In this document: in pieces, positions 26,837 to 36,139 of the stretch | Layout: the number at the start of each line of letters is the position of its first letter | How positions within the stretch are numbered: the first letter of the stretch is position 1 | Assembly (NCBI GenBank): GCA_035289485.1 | Contig: DATDXA010000031.1 | Coordinates: forward strand, 27,807 to 91,806 | Length of the DNA: 64,000 nucleotides | Origin: an archaeon | GTDB lineage: Archaea > Iainarchaeota > Iainarchaeia > Iainarchaeales > Iainarchaeaceae | Direction of reading: 5' to 3' | The notes under the pieces: generated by a model | Told to the model about the DNA's origin: nothing | The model's input: only the letters and a program-made list of their open reading frames with translations | The model's database searches: none | Program-made: the position numbers and the translations under genes

Positions 26837-28210
26837 GTGTTTTTAAAATCAGCGTGTTTTGAAGGTTTAAAGATGAAACTCACAGGCGGACAGGTATTTG
26901 CTATTTTCATAGTAGTCATAATGCTAGGCTCAATTGTGAGCGTTTTTACTTTTGGCACAGCGCAGCAGCCAGCCCAGCAAGGCCCGAATGTCCCTGCGCC
27001 AATTGAAAACACAACCATTCTCTCATATGATGCAACAGGCGTTAGCGCCAAAGTAATACAGGTTTTCCCAACGGCTCTTCTCATTGCAAACACAACCTCT
27101 CTTGAAACACTTGAAATTGATACCGCGCTTCGCAAAGTTCCAGGCATTACGCTTGTCAGCGGCTCGCAGTTTGTCGACTCAGAAGGCGCGGGCGTGAATT
27201 TCAGGACCTCTCTTCGTTTTGAATCCGCGGAAAAAATCCCCGCAGCGCTTGCCGCAATAAATGAAATTCCAATCCTTTCCTCAGTTGAAGTTTTCCCGCA
27301 GGCGCTTGTAACGGTGCCAGATTCCATAGAGTTCAAGAACGCAGGCCTTGAACTTACGCTAGGATATTCATTCCCAAGTAAGCAGCTTCAGGCATACGTT
27401 TCTGATTCTACCAAGAGCGGCGATGAAATCAAAATCACAATCCAGGCCGATTTCAAGGGGCAGAGCTTTGCCGGTTCAGTTGCATATGAAGAACAGGAGC
27501 CTCAGCAGGCATATTTCGTTGACGGAGAATTCACAATATCCTCGCTCGAATCCGATTATTTCCTGCGAACTACCGCGCCTCTTTCGCAGATGAATTTGCT
27601 TGAAAGCGCGAAGGCGGAAATAATTGCGGCTTCACAAGACCCTGCGGCAACAATAGAGATTGCGCCGGCGTCAAATTCCACGCTCATTTATTTTTCAAGC
27701 CCTGAAAATATTTTTGAGCAGGATTTGAATACTTTCCTCTCAAATTTTACAGGCGTTTCATCCTTCTCTTTGCAGCTTGACCAGAATTTTGCATCTGTAA
27801 ATTTCGATGGCAACGCAGGCGAGTACACTGAATTTCGCGATTCGCTGCGCGCGCAGCTAGATTCGCTTGGCTTTAAGGTTGCAACAATTACCGAGCCAGT
27901 AGTTTCGCTGCAGGGCAACACTTCCGCTTCGCAAGGCAAGCAGGAGTTCCTTGATTTGGTTGAGGCAAGCGCAAAGAAGAATTCGCTGCAAATTGAGGTG
28001 CTGCAAAAAGCGGTGATTGATGCCAACACAATTTTCGTCCCTGATGTGAATGCAGATTTCGCGGTTGCGCAAGGGAAATTCCAAGCTTATGTAAATACCG
28101 CGCACAAATCCGGCGATTCTGTAAACCTCTCGCTTCTGATTTTCGGAAGCAAGAAAGACGGTGCCGTGCAGATTCAGGCGCAGGAAGCTGACACTGCTGC
28201 GCAGCCGTAG
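26837..28210 (+). CDS. Hypothetical exported/membrane-anchored protein with internal duplication
   Basis: N-terminal TM/signal (VFAIFIVVIMLGSIVSVFTF). Two similar segments, QAYVSDSTKSGDEIKITIQADFKGQ and QAYVNTAHKSGDSVNLSLLIFGSKKDG. Confidence 0.5.
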   Translation: MFLKSACFEGLKMKLTGGQVFAIFIVVIMLGSIVSVFTFGTAQQPAQQGPNVPAPIENTTILSYDATGVSAKVIQVFPTALLIANTTSLETLEIDTALRKVPGITLVSGSQFVDSEGAGVNFRTSLRFESAEKIPAALAAINEIPILSSVEVFPQALVTVPDSIEFKNAGLELTLGYSFPSKQLQAYVSDSTKSGDEIKITIQADFKGQSFAGSVAYEEQEPQQAYFVDGEFTISSLESDYFLRTTAPLSQMNLLESAKAEIIAASQDPAATIEIAPASNSTLIYFSSPENIFEQDLNTFLSNFTGVSSFSLQLDQNFASVNFDGNAGEYTEFRDSLRAQLDSLGFKVATITEPVVSLQGNTSASQGKQEFLDLVEASAKKNSLQIEVLQKAVIDANTIFVPDVNADFAVAQGKFQAYVNTAHKSGDSVNLSLLIFGSKKDGAVQIQAQEADTAAQP

Positions 28211-28299
28211 ACATTTCAGCAAATGATCGAAAATTACTTATTGAAGCATTGATTGACGCTGAAAATTCGAAATCAAATTGGTGACTTTTGGTCTTCCAA

Positions 28300-28644
28300 T
28301 CACTTCCCAAATTTCTCAATAGCTTCCGCAATATCCCCTTTCGTTTCTTCAAGCGCCTTGCGCGCCTTTTCTTTTGAAACCTTTGCCTGCTCTGAAACCA
28401 TTTCAATGTCCGATTCAGGAATTTGCGCTTCCCCTTTTTCCTCTTTTGCAGGGCCGATTACCGTGTAGGTTTTCTGCCCGCCAAGATCCACTGCGCTAAC
28501 CTGCGGCTTTTCAAAAACAAGCCTTGAGCCGTCCTCAAGTTCAAATATCACGCGCTTAGTATCAAGGTCTTCGCTTTTGATTCCAAGCTGGCGCATCATC
28601 TGCTTCATTTTGCGAGGGTCCATTCCTCCAAGCCCTGGGAACAT
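28300..28644 (-). CDS. nac: Nascent polypeptide-associated complex alpha subunit (archaeal NAC)
   Basis: NAC domain (MMRQLGIKSEDLDTKRVIFELEDGSRLVFEKPQV) plus C-terminal UBA-like tail (EETKGDIAEAIEKF). Confidence 0.85.
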   Translation of the reverse strand: MFPGLGGMDPRKMKQMMRQLGIKSEDLDTKRVIFELEDGSRLVFEKPQVSAVDLGGQKTYTVIGPAKEEKGEAQIPESDIEMVSEQAKVSKEKARKALEETKGDIAEAIEKFGK

Positions 28645-28760
28645 AAATCAAAACACCAATCATAAATGGGTGTGAGAGGTTTTTATTGGTTTTGAGGCGC
28701 GAAAGCGCAAGGCCCGCAGTTGTAAACCTTTATTAATCGCCTTGCAGTTCCCTCTTTACA

Positions 28761-29402
28761 ATGCCAAAAAATATCCTAAGTTCATTCCGTGCCTTCTCAG
28801 AGAGCTTCGAAGTCCCGGAAGCAGACCCGCGCGCGGACGCCCTCAAGATTTATTTCAACCGCGGCGGAGTGATTTCTGCCGTGAAAACCTCAAAGCCCTG
28901 GCCAAAATTAATTTACCCAACTCCCCTTCGCATGGACGCGCAGATAAAAGAGCTTGAGGCCTTGCGCTCGCATTATGGCAAAAAGGAGAAGGAGTGGAAG
29001 GAGAAATTGCACGGCGCAAAAACATATCACCAGCGCCACCAGGTAATGAAATTTTCCGAGCCGCTCTACTGGCAGCACACCGCAAAATCCCTGACCGATA
29101 AGGAGTACAAATCAGACGCCCAAAAGGTCGGCCTTCCTGTGCACCTCTCAGCAGACCCCAAGTGGAAACCGATGATTAATATGTTTGTAAATGATGTCGA
29201 GTACCGCAAGAATTTGGTAGAAACCGTGCAGACAAGCATCGTTTACAAAAAGGACAAGAAGGTTGCAAAGTACGCCGATGTTTTGCAGGCGCTGCGCTCT
29301 GAAATTTCCGAATCAAAGCTAGCGGACCTAAAAAAGAAAATCACACAGCTCGATGGCGAAATAAACGCCCTAAAATCAATAAAAAAATGGGCGCAGGAAT
29401 AG
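28761..29402 (+). CDS. Hypothetical protein
   Basis: 213 aa, Lys-rich, no recognised domain. Confidence 0.4.
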   Translation: MPKNILSSFRAFSESFEVPEADPRADALKIYFNRGGVISAVKTSKPWPKLIYPTPLRMDAQIKELEALRSHYGKKEKEWKEKLHGAKTYHQRHQVMKFSEPLYWQHTAKSLTDKEYKSDAQKVGLPVHLSADPKWKPMINMFVNDVEYRKNLVETVQTSIVYKKDKKVAKYADVLQALRSEISESKLADLKKKITQLDGEINALKSIKKWAQE

Positions 29403-29425
29403 CCGTATACTTTTTCCATACTTGA

Positions 29426-29439
29426 CACCGGCACCGAAC
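29426..29439. repeat. Direct repeat copy 1 (CACCGGCACCGAAC) bracketing the VapBC-2 cassette
   Basis: Exact 14-nt match with 30439-30452. 1013 bp apart, same orientation. Confidence 0.5.
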
Positions 29440-29494
29440 CCTAGTTTTGTTTTTATTCTTCCGCGCGCGCATTCTTTTCTGAGGTGGTTGCTTT

Positions 29495-29785
29495 ATGCAG
29501 CAAGTTCAGATGACAAGAAAAGAAAAAGAATCTCAGGAAACAGAATCCAAGCCAAATTCAAAGGCCCCGATAGCAAAATTCTCCGCAGGAGGAATTCAGG
29601 TCGCGGTATGGGAAAATGAGGGCAAGGAAGGCTCCTCTTATAGCACCGTCACAATGGACAAGCGATACAAGAGCGGCGAGGAGTGGAAGTCCACAAAATC
29701 GCTGCGCGCAAACGACCTTCCAAAGGCAATTCTAGTGCTTGAGAAGGCGTATGAGTTCATGGTCCTCAAGGACCTGGATTCCTAG
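29495..29785 (+). CDS. Small hypothetical protein, possibly a PC4/YdbC-like ssDNA-binding fold
   Basis: IQVAVWENEG...YSTVTMDKRYKSGEEWKSTKSLRANDLPKAI loosely resembles the PC4 C-terminal domain pattern. Weak. Confidence 0.3.
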   Translation: MQQVQMTRKEKESQETESKPNSKAPIAKFSAGGIQVAVWENEGKEGSSYSTVTMDKRYKSGEEWKSTKSLRANDLPKAILVLEKAYEFMVLKDLDS

Positions 29786-29834
29786 TTGCTACGGGGGCGA
29801 TATTATTAATTACTATAGCGCTATAGACTTAGGT

Positions 29835-30050
29835 ATGCCAGCCGACACAACAACCCTTCAGGTTCAAAAAAAAACAAAAGCACTCCTTGATTTGCTCAAG
29901 GGCACATACGGGAGCAGGACATATGATGACGTTATCCAAAAGCTGGTGATGAAAAAGACCGGCTCCATGGCAGGGAAGTTCAAAATGAAGGGGAAGAGCA
30001 CAATGCAGCAGATTATGCGCGGCATGAGGGATGAAAATGACCGTTTCTAG
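29835..30050 (+). CDS. Putative VapB-type antitoxin (start at internal ATG 29835 of the tracked ORF 29739-30050)
   Basis: 72 aa. Overlaps the downstream PIN gene by 20 nt, the typical antitoxin-toxin arrangement. Confidence 0.5.
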   Translation: MPADTTTLQVQKKTKALLDLLKGTYGSRTYDDVIQKLVMKKTGSMAGKFKMKGKSTMQQIMRGMRDENDRF

Positions 30051-30423
30051 GCTGCTGCTTGATTCAAGTGCATGGCTAAATTACCTATCAATCGAGGGTG
30101 GGAAAATGAAACCGATTGTTGAAAGTGAGGCAACCGCAATTTTCACTTCCGTAATTTCACTCCATGAAGTGCACAAGGTCCTCTCAAAGGCCGGAAAAAC
30201 CCGTGAAGAGCTCGAAAATGCCATTGGTTTTATTGAGGAGAACAGTGCCGTGCTCCCGATATACCGAAACACCGCTTTGGATGCGTCTTCAATTTCGCTA
30301 ACGCATGGGCTTCATACAGTTGACAGCATCATCTACGCCGCCGCGCAAGAATCAGGGTGCGAACTGGTCACATTTGACAAGCATTTTAGGGGAATGCCAA
30401 GTGTCCGGCTCATAAAGGCCTAA
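30031..30423 (+). CDS. vapC: PIN-domain toxin (VapC family), second copy
   Basis: LLLDSSAWLNYL...VTFDKHF PIN acidic motifs. 130 aa. Confidence 0.7.
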   Translation: MKMTVSRLLLDSSAWLNYLSIEGGKMKPIVESEATAIFTSVISLHEVHKVLSKAGKTREELENAIGFIEENSAVLPIYRNTALDASSISLTHGLHTVDSIIYAAAQESGCELVTFDKHFRGMPSVRLIKA

Positions 30424-30438
30424 ACACTGCTGTGCCCG

Positions 30439-30452
30439 CACCGGCACCGAAC
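30439..30452. repeat. Direct repeat copy 2 (CACCGGCACCGAAC), 15 nt after the VapC-2 stop
   Basis: Exact match to 29426-29439. Confidence 0.5.
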
Positions 30453-30598
30453 TCCCTGAATTTCTTTATAAACCTCCAAAGTGTTCTTTGCTTTGGTGAT
30501 TTTGAATGTATGAATTTGCAATAGTGAAGTTTTCGGATGAAGAAACAGAAAGCGGTGAACCATGGGTCGCAAATTAGCGGCGGCAGAAAAATAGTTTT

Positions 30599-30624
30599 AT
30601 ATGGTTAACCCTATATAACCATAT
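30599..30624. promoter_or_regulatory. Palindromic operator ATATGGTTA-N8-TAACCATAT enclosing a TATA-like ctatataa, immediately upstream of the RHH gene
   Basis: Read directly: 9-bp perfect arms with the spacer containing TATA. Confidence 0.5.
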
Positions 30625-30625
30625 T

Positions 30626-30970
30626 ATGGCTTCAAAATCAATCCAGATACGAAAACCCTCAAGAATGGCAGGCACAAAAATGACGGCGGCAGAATACGAT
30701 AAGGTCCAGGCTTTGGTCGATTCCGGACTTTACCTTAATGTTTCCGACTTCATGAGGGTTGCTGTTCGGGAAAAACTTGACTCAATAGAAATCATCAAGC
30801 TGCGCGATGTAGATTACAAAACCGCAAAGAAGGAAGTTCTTGCATATTACGAAAAGTTCAGAGAGGCTTACCCTGACGAGGCCGCAAACGACCTTGGAAT
30901 TCCGCTCGAAACTGCTGCAAAAATAACTTCTGAGCTGATTAAAGAAAAAAGGCTGGAGGTAATACAATGA
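30626..30970 (+). CDS. Ribbon-helix-helix DNA-binding protein (CopG/ParD-like), paralog of the 19740-19955 antitoxin
   Basis: DSGLYLNVSDFMRVAVREKL compared with SGLYKSRSEVIREILREKM in the other RHH gene. True start may be the internal Met MAGTK or MTAAE. Confidence 0.55.
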   Translation: MASKSIQIRKPSRMAGTKMTAAEYDKVQALVDSGLYLNVSDFMRVAVREKLDSIEIIKLRDVDYKTAKKEVLAYYEKFREAYPDEAANDLGIPLETAAKITSELIKEKRLEVIQ

Positions 30971-31149
30971 ATATTCATTATGAGGAAGGGGATGCGCTCA
31001 AAGGAGATTTGATTGTTGCAGAAGCGAGGAAAACCAGCAAGCCAAAATTAGTCATAGGCTCGTCAAGGCACAGGGCGCAGCAGATAATCCTTGAAGAGAA
31101 CGCCTTCACCCTGATTAGGAAAAAACTTCGGTTCCTTCCCAAAACCTAA
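30967..31149 (+). CDS. Small hypothetical protein (possible toxin partner of the RHH gene)
   Basis: 60 aa, overlaps the RHH gene by 4 nt. No recognisable motif. Confidence 0.3.
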   Translation: MNIHYEEGDALKGDLIVAEARKTSKPKLVIGSSRHRAQQIILEENAFTLIRKKLRFLPKT

Positions 31150-31173
31150 AAATCATTCGCGCAAATTATTCTT

Positions 31174-33273
31174 ATGGACATTTTGGAGTTAGTAAAGAAG
31201 CACAACGGCTTCGAATCCTTCAACCCCATGCAGGAAAAGGCAATAGCTGCAGGGCTAGTTGAAAAGAGCATGGTTGTTAGCGCCCCTACCGCTTCTGGAA
31301 AAACCGTTGTTGCGGAAATCGCGGCTCTTAATACCATTCTTAATTTGCGCAAAAAAGTTGTCTACACTTGCCCTTTGCGCGCGCTTGCAACGGAGCACTC
31401 AAATGATTTCAAGCGCAAATACTCAGAAACCCTTTCAATCAAAACCGTGCTGAGCACGGGGGATCTGGACTCAAGTGGCGCCTTTCTCGGCTCGAAGGAT
31501 GTAATCTTTAGCACTTATGAAAAACTGGATTCTCTTCTCGTGCACCGCGCTGACTGGCTTTCTAATGTCGGCCTTCTTGTAATTGATGAGATTCACACAA
31601 TAGGTTCTGACCGCGGGCCCACACTTGAGATGCTAATCACCAAGCTTCGATTTGTAAACCCGAAAATGCAGGTGCTCGGGCTCTCCGCAACCATTCCAAA
31701 TGCAAAAGAGCTTGCAAAATGGCTCAGTGCGCAGCTAGTTGAGAGCGATTACCGGCCGGTGAAATTGCGCGAAGGCGTTTTCCTTGAAAGTTCAATAACC
31801 TTCAAGGATTCAGTTGAGGAAATTGTTCCGGACCGTGAGGATGTTCTTGCAATCGCCGCTGACACTCTCAAAAAAGGAAAACAGGCGCTCGTTTTCGTAA
31901 ACACGCGCCGCACAAGTGAATCCATGGCAAAAAAGCTCGCAGCGCTCACGGAAAAAAACCTCAAGCCGAGCGAGAAAATTGTACTTGAGAAGGCCGCAAA
32001 AAGGGCACTCAATGTCCTTGAAACCCCCACAATTCAGTGCGAAACAATAGCTTCTCTAATAAAGAAGGGCGCGTGCTTTCATAACGCGGGACTGATGCAA
32101 AAGCAGCGCGAAATAATCGAGGAGCTCTTCAAGAGCGGTCATTTAAAATTTATTTCAAGCACGCCAACTTTGGCTCAGGGAATTAACATGCCCGCCTATA
32201 GAGTAATAATGCATTCTCCATATCGCTACACGGGATCCGGAATGCAAAGAATTCCGGTAAGTGAATGGAAACAAATTGCCGGGCGTGCGGGCCGGCCAAA
32301 GTATGATACCACTGGAGAGGCAATTTTGCTCTCCAAAACCGAATTCGAAAGGGACGATTACACTGAGTATTTCATCAATGGAGAAGTGGAACCCGCGGAT
32401 TCGCGAATGGGCTCAGAAGCAATGCTCCGTTTCCATTTGCTCTCTGCAATAGCAACAGGTTTCATTTTCGATTTGGAATCTGCGGATAAATTCTTTTCCG
32501 CAACGTTTTATTCACACCAGCTCGGCGGCGTTTCGCAGCTTTTTTCTAAAATAATCTCGATGATTCAATCCCTAAAGGAGATGGGCTTTGTTGAAACCAG
32601 CGAAAAGCGCATCAGCGCAACCCCTCTTGGGCGAAGGGTTGCAGAGCTCTATTTAGATCCGCTTTCCGCGCACGAAATCGTTAACGCGCTAAAAAGAGCA
32701 AAGTTTTCAGACCTCTCATACCTCTACACGATTTCGAATGCTGGCGAATTCCGCCCTCTTCTCAATGCGCCGCGCGCAAAAGAGGGGGAACTCTGGGAAC
32801 AATTGCAGGATGACAAGAAATACATCCCCGCAAACATCGATGTTGACATGTTCTCTGACAATGATATGCTCTCAAAGTACTGGACAAGCCTTATGCTAAA
32901 GGACTGGGTTTCTGAAGTTCGCGAGCAGGAACTAGTTGATTCTTATAAAATCCAGCCGGGAATTTTGCGCGCAAAGCTTCAGAACGCCGACTGGCTCACT
33001 TACTCCTCACTTGAGCTTGCAAAAATGCTCTCACTAGAGGCGCATTTCTCGCCGCTCAATAAAATGCGCAAGAGGCTCCAGTCAGGAATCAAGGAAGAAC
33101 TAATCCCGCTTTGCGAACTTCGCGGCATCGGGCGCGTGAGGGCCAGAAGGCTCTGGGGCGTTGGGGTAAAAGGAATTTCAGATGTGAAGCGCACTGATGT
33201 TAAAGATTTGGGCAAAATTCTCGGAGAAAAGGTTGCGGTAAAGGTAAAGCAGCAGCTTGGGGCAACTAAATAA
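31174..33273 (+). CDS. Ski2-like DNA helicase Hel308 (Hjm)
   Basis: SAPTASGKT Walker A and DEIH box, followed by helicase C, winged-helix, ratchet and HhH C-terminal domains. 699 aa. Confidence 0.85.
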   Translation: MDILELVKKHNGFESFNPMQEKAIAAGLVEKSMVVSAPTASGKTVVAEIAALNTILNLRKKVVYTCPLRALATEHSNDFKRKYSETLSIKTVLSTGDLDSSGAFLGSKDVIFSTYEKLDSLLVHRADWLSNVGLLVIDEIHTIGSDRGPTLEMLITKLRFVNPKMQVLGLSATIPNAKELAKWLSAQLVESDYRPVKLREGVFLESSITFKDSVEEIVPDREDVLAIAADTLKKGKQALVFVNTRRTSESMAKKLAALTEKNLKPSEKIVLEKAAKRALNVLETPTIQCETIASLIKKGACFHNAGLMQKQREIIEELFKSGHLKFISSTPTLAQGINMPAYRVIMHSPYRYTGSGMQRIPVSEWKQIAGRAGRPKYDTTGEAILLSKTEFERDDYTEYFINGEVEPADSRMGSEAMLRFHLLSAIATGFIFDLESADKFFSATFYSHQLGGVSQLFSKIISMIQSLKEMGFVETSEKRISATPLGRRVAELYLDPLSAHEIVNALKRAKFSDLSYLYTISNAGEFRPLLNAPRAKEGELWEQLQDDKKYIPANIDVDMFSDNDMLSKYWTSLMLKDWVSEVREQELVDSYKIQPGILRAKLQNADWLTYSSLELAKMLSLEAHFSPLNKMRKRLQSGIKEELIPLCELRGIGRVRARRLWGVGVKGISDVKRTDVKDLGKILGEKVAVKVKQQLGATK

Positions 33274-33281
33274 ACTCTGGA

Positions 33282-35618
33282 TTACGCCGCCTTCTCAGCA
33301 ATTTCCTTCTCAATAAGCGACCTTATCTTCTCCGCATCGAACCCGAGCTTAATGAGCCTTGTCTGGCCCTTGATTCCTTTCCCGGAATTTGTCGAGTGTA
33401 TGAGCCCGTACATTTCAAGTTCGGAGATGTATTCGCGGTACCAGCGCGCGCTCACCGTGGTTTCCTTGAATTTTTTTGAAATGCGGCAGTACTCATCGTA
33501 AATTTCCCCAGAGAACAAAACCCCTTCCTCGCTCTCGCCGGTTATTTTTTGCATCGGTTTTTTGTTCAGCGCAAGCGCCGCAATCGCATACAAAACAAGC
33601 TGCTGCTGCTCAGGAAGAGTAGAAACCATATTGAAAATTATCTCCTCTTCTACGGTTTTCTTCGCCTTTTTAACTTCGGCATCCGTAACTTTGCCAAGCG
33701 ATTTCTTATCGGCAATCTCACCTGCTCGCAGCATGAGCATTACCGCAGTGCGCGCATCCCCAGATTCCTGCGCTGCCACTGCTGCCGCGAGATGTATTGC
33801 GGATTCTTCAATGGTATTTGGCCGAAAAGCCGATTGCACGCGTTGCTTTATGATTTCCGTGAGCTCCTGCGCATTATATGGCGGGAACACAAGCTCGTGC
33901 TCGCAGAGGCTGCTTTTGGTGCGCGGGTCAAGCCTGTCTTTAAACATCACATTGTTTGAAATGCCAATTATTGATATGCCGCCATCCTTTATTTCATCGT
34001 TCGCGCGCGTGAGGCCATAAATTAATTCATCCAGGTCCTTTACTTTATCAACTTCATCCAGTACGAGTATCAGTTGCTTTCCCCTGCGCGCGTAATCAAC
34101 CAGCTTTTCGTAAATGAAAGCCGCGGAAAAGCCCAAAAAATTCTCCTCAGGGTACAATTCCTTTACAATCTTTATGAGGATGCGGTATTTGCTGTTGTGA
34201 TTTCTGCAGTTGACGTAATTTCCCTCAATTGGCATGTTCTTTGAGATTGCAAAATCAAGAAGCTGCTGCATCACATGCTTTGTAACCGAAGTTTTCCCGG
34301 TATTATGGGAAATAATTCCATTTGCGATAAAATTATGGTTTTTTGGAACCGTCAAATCATACACAAAATCTTCAAATGCCTCTTCAATCTTTGCAATTTT
34401 TGAGGCGGAAAAGCCCGTTTCATTAATTGGCATTGTTTTGACATACTTTGTAATCATTATCCGCAGCCTTTCTTGTTTTACAGTGCTATAAAACCCTATT
34501 TTATTGTAAAATTTGAATATGTTTTCCTGTCCCTGTATATATAGTCGGTAGGCGTCAAATATTTTTCCGTTTAATTTGGCTGGCTTGCTTCTGACTTTGC
34601 ATCTGATTCCTTCCTGGTATAAAATATATGCGACCTGCTGCAGGAATTTTTTTGAATTCGAGTAGTACTCTATCTGAAATGTTTGCTGGCTTACAGTGCC
34701 ATCGCCGGAAAACAAAGCCTTCAAAAACTCCCTTTGGATTGTGGGTGAGGCTTGTAAAATCGATTCGGGAACTTCAATAATCCGGCTTTTCTCTCCAAAA
34801 GGGACTCCAAGTGAGTTCAGAGTTTGGCACGCGTTTTGTGAAATCATGTTGACGTGTGCACACCTGTCCTTTGGATAAATTATTGACGGGGTTCCGCCAA
34901 AGACTTTTGCCAAATCCTCCTGCACTTTTTTAAGCAAATTAGCATCAATGCTGAAATATCTATATCTTTGCCTGTCCGCATTATAGTAATAACCTCTGCC
35001 ATCCTTTGCTTTTTTCTGTTTTCTATTAAGACTTCCGTCGCTTAAAGTAAAACCCAGCAATCTGGCCAGTGCAAGTGGCATTTCATGGTCATTTAAGGAT
35101 GGCAAATCATATCCAAGTGCAAGTTCATCAGCTATCTTCAATTGATTGGACTTTTTCCACTCCATATCCGAAGTTAAAAGAGGATGGTCCCGTGTAACAG
35201 TCAACTCATAGCCGTTTTCAAGTGTTATTTTAAGCAATTTGTCATTATTCTTGTATTTCAGGAAGACAAAATCAGACCACTCATATTTTTTTATTTTCTT
35301 GTTGAATGTGGCCACTAAATCAGTTAGCATATCAACGTCTCTGATTTTTTTCCACCCATTACTCGTGTAAACAAGGCTGTCGCCTGCAATGCAACCCGTT
35401 TTTCCGTAAATGAAAACATTGTCGGATTTCTTGCCGCGGATTGATTCTGAGAGGATTGAGGAGATTTGTTCTATATACTTGTCGCGGAAAGGGAGTATTT
35501 TAGGAGTATAATGCGTGGTTATGATGTTTCTGTCCAAAAAAATGGTTTCGCGCGCGAACTCGCGCTCAAAAATGTTCACACGTTCAGAACTAACCGTAGA
35601 TACAGAAGTATTTTGCAA
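33282..35618 (-). CDS. Orc1/Cdc6 replication initiator interrupted by an intein in the Walker A P-loop. TTG start as tracked.
   Basis: Extein reads ...NVFIYGKTG then intein then TGKTSVTKHV (P-loop GKTGTGKTS once spliced). LVLDEVD Walker B and a C-terminal winged helix. 778 aa = 75 + 364 + 339. Confidence 0.9.
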   Translation of the reverse strand: MQNTSVSTVSSERVNIFEREFARETIFLDRNIITTHYTPKILPFRDKYIEQISSILSESIRGKKSDNVFIYGKTGCIAGDSLVYTSNGWKKIRDVDMLTDLVATFNKKIKKYEWSDFVFLKYKNNDKLLKITLENGYELTVTRDHPLLTSDMEWKKSNQLKIADELALGYDLPSLNDHEMPLALARLLGFTLSDGSLNRKQKKAKDGRGYYYNADRQRYRYFSIDANLLKKVQEDLAKVFGGTPSIIYPKDRCAHVNMISQNACQTLNSLGVPFGEKSRIIEVPESILQASPTIQREFLKALFSGDGTVSQQTFQIEYYSNSKKFLQQVAYILYQEGIRCKVRSKPAKLNGKIFDAYRLYIQGQENIFKFYNKIGFYSTVKQERLRIMITKYVKTMPINETGFSASKIAKIEEAFEDFVYDLTVPKNHNFIANGIISHNTGKTSVTKHVMQQLLDFAISKNMPIEGNYVNCRNHNSKYRILIKIVKELYPEENFLGFSAAFIYEKLVDYARRGKQLILVLDEVDKVKDLDELIYGLTRANDEIKDGGISIIGISNNVMFKDRLDPRTKSSLCEHELVFPPYNAQELTEIIKQRVQSAFRPNTIEESAIHLAAAVAAQESGDARTAVMLMLRAGEIADKKSLGKVTDAEVKKAKKTVEEEIIFNMVSTLPEQQQLVLYAIAALALNKKPMQKITGESEEGVLFSGEIYDEYCRISKKFKETTVSARWYREYISELEMYGLIHSTNSGKGIKGQTRLIKLGFDAEKIRSLIEKEIAEKAA
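34302..35393 (-). mobile_element. Intein (364 aa, Cys1...His-Asn, +1 Thr) with LAGLIDADG homing-endonuclease domain, inserted in Orc1/Cdc6
   Basis: Starts CIAGDSLVYTSNG and ends NGIISHN followed by T. LAGLIDADG motifs LARLLGFTLSDGSL and FLKALFSGDGTV. AT-rich relative to exteins. Confidence 0.8.
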
Positions 35619-35674
35619 AATTTTAATCCCCCGAACTCACTTGGACTGAACTGGATTTAAGGGAATTGAGTTGT

Positions 35675-35691
35675 GGAAGTGAACCACTTCC
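35675..35691. promoter_or_regulatory. Palindrome GGAAGTG-AAC-CACTTCC, 57 nt upstream of orc1/cdc6; ORB-like candidate Orc1 binding site
   Basis: Read directly. Contains the 11-mer GTGGAAGTGAA, which is also present upstream of the polD operon at 43348-43358. Confidence 0.4.
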
Positions 35692-35735
35692 GATACTGCG
35701 TGTTTGCTTTCCTAATTTTGCCTTGTAATTTTTCC

Positions 35736-36017
35736 TTACGCAGGGCTTTCCGGTTTTTGCATTTGCATTTTTTTATTCCTATTATTGGCTGCAATCAATC
35801 TCTGGTGCGCATCAACTGCGGCCGCATAATTCTTTCTGAGCGGCTCCAATTCGGCTTCCGGACGCTCGTCAGCTGCACGTAGCGCCCTTAGCGCCCGATT
35901 CTTGGCTTCTTTTAGCGCCGCAAGGTCGGCAGGCGGCTTTGCAGGCTCAATATGCGGATGCACAACTGTCTCAGCCGGGCTTAGAGGCCCTTTTCTTGGG
36001 AATAATCGCATTCTCAT
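35736..36017 (-). CDS. Hypothetical small protein (uncertain)
   Basis: 93 aa, Ala/Arg-rich, GC-rich frame, no motif. Confidence 0.25.
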   Translation of the reverse strand: MRMRLFPRKGPLSPAETVVHPHIEPAKPPADLAALKEAKNRALRALRAADERPEAELEPLRKNYAAAVDAHQRLIAANNRNKKMQMQKPESPA

Positions 36018-36139
36018 GTCATCAATTGCCGTTTATCTGATTTAAATCCTTTTTGTGTTATGTATTTTCTGAGAACTTGCCTCATGTCAGAAATCAAATT
36101 CAAGGTTTTTGGCGCGGGGAAAGCCTTAAAATATAGTTA

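Noticed and set aside
35619-36139. Calling the orc1 upstream region a replication origin outright
   Set aside because: Only one ORB-like palindrome is present, and much of the region is occupied by a GC-rich possible ORF (35736-36017). There is no extended AT-rich unwinding element. Reported only as a candidate Orc1 site.
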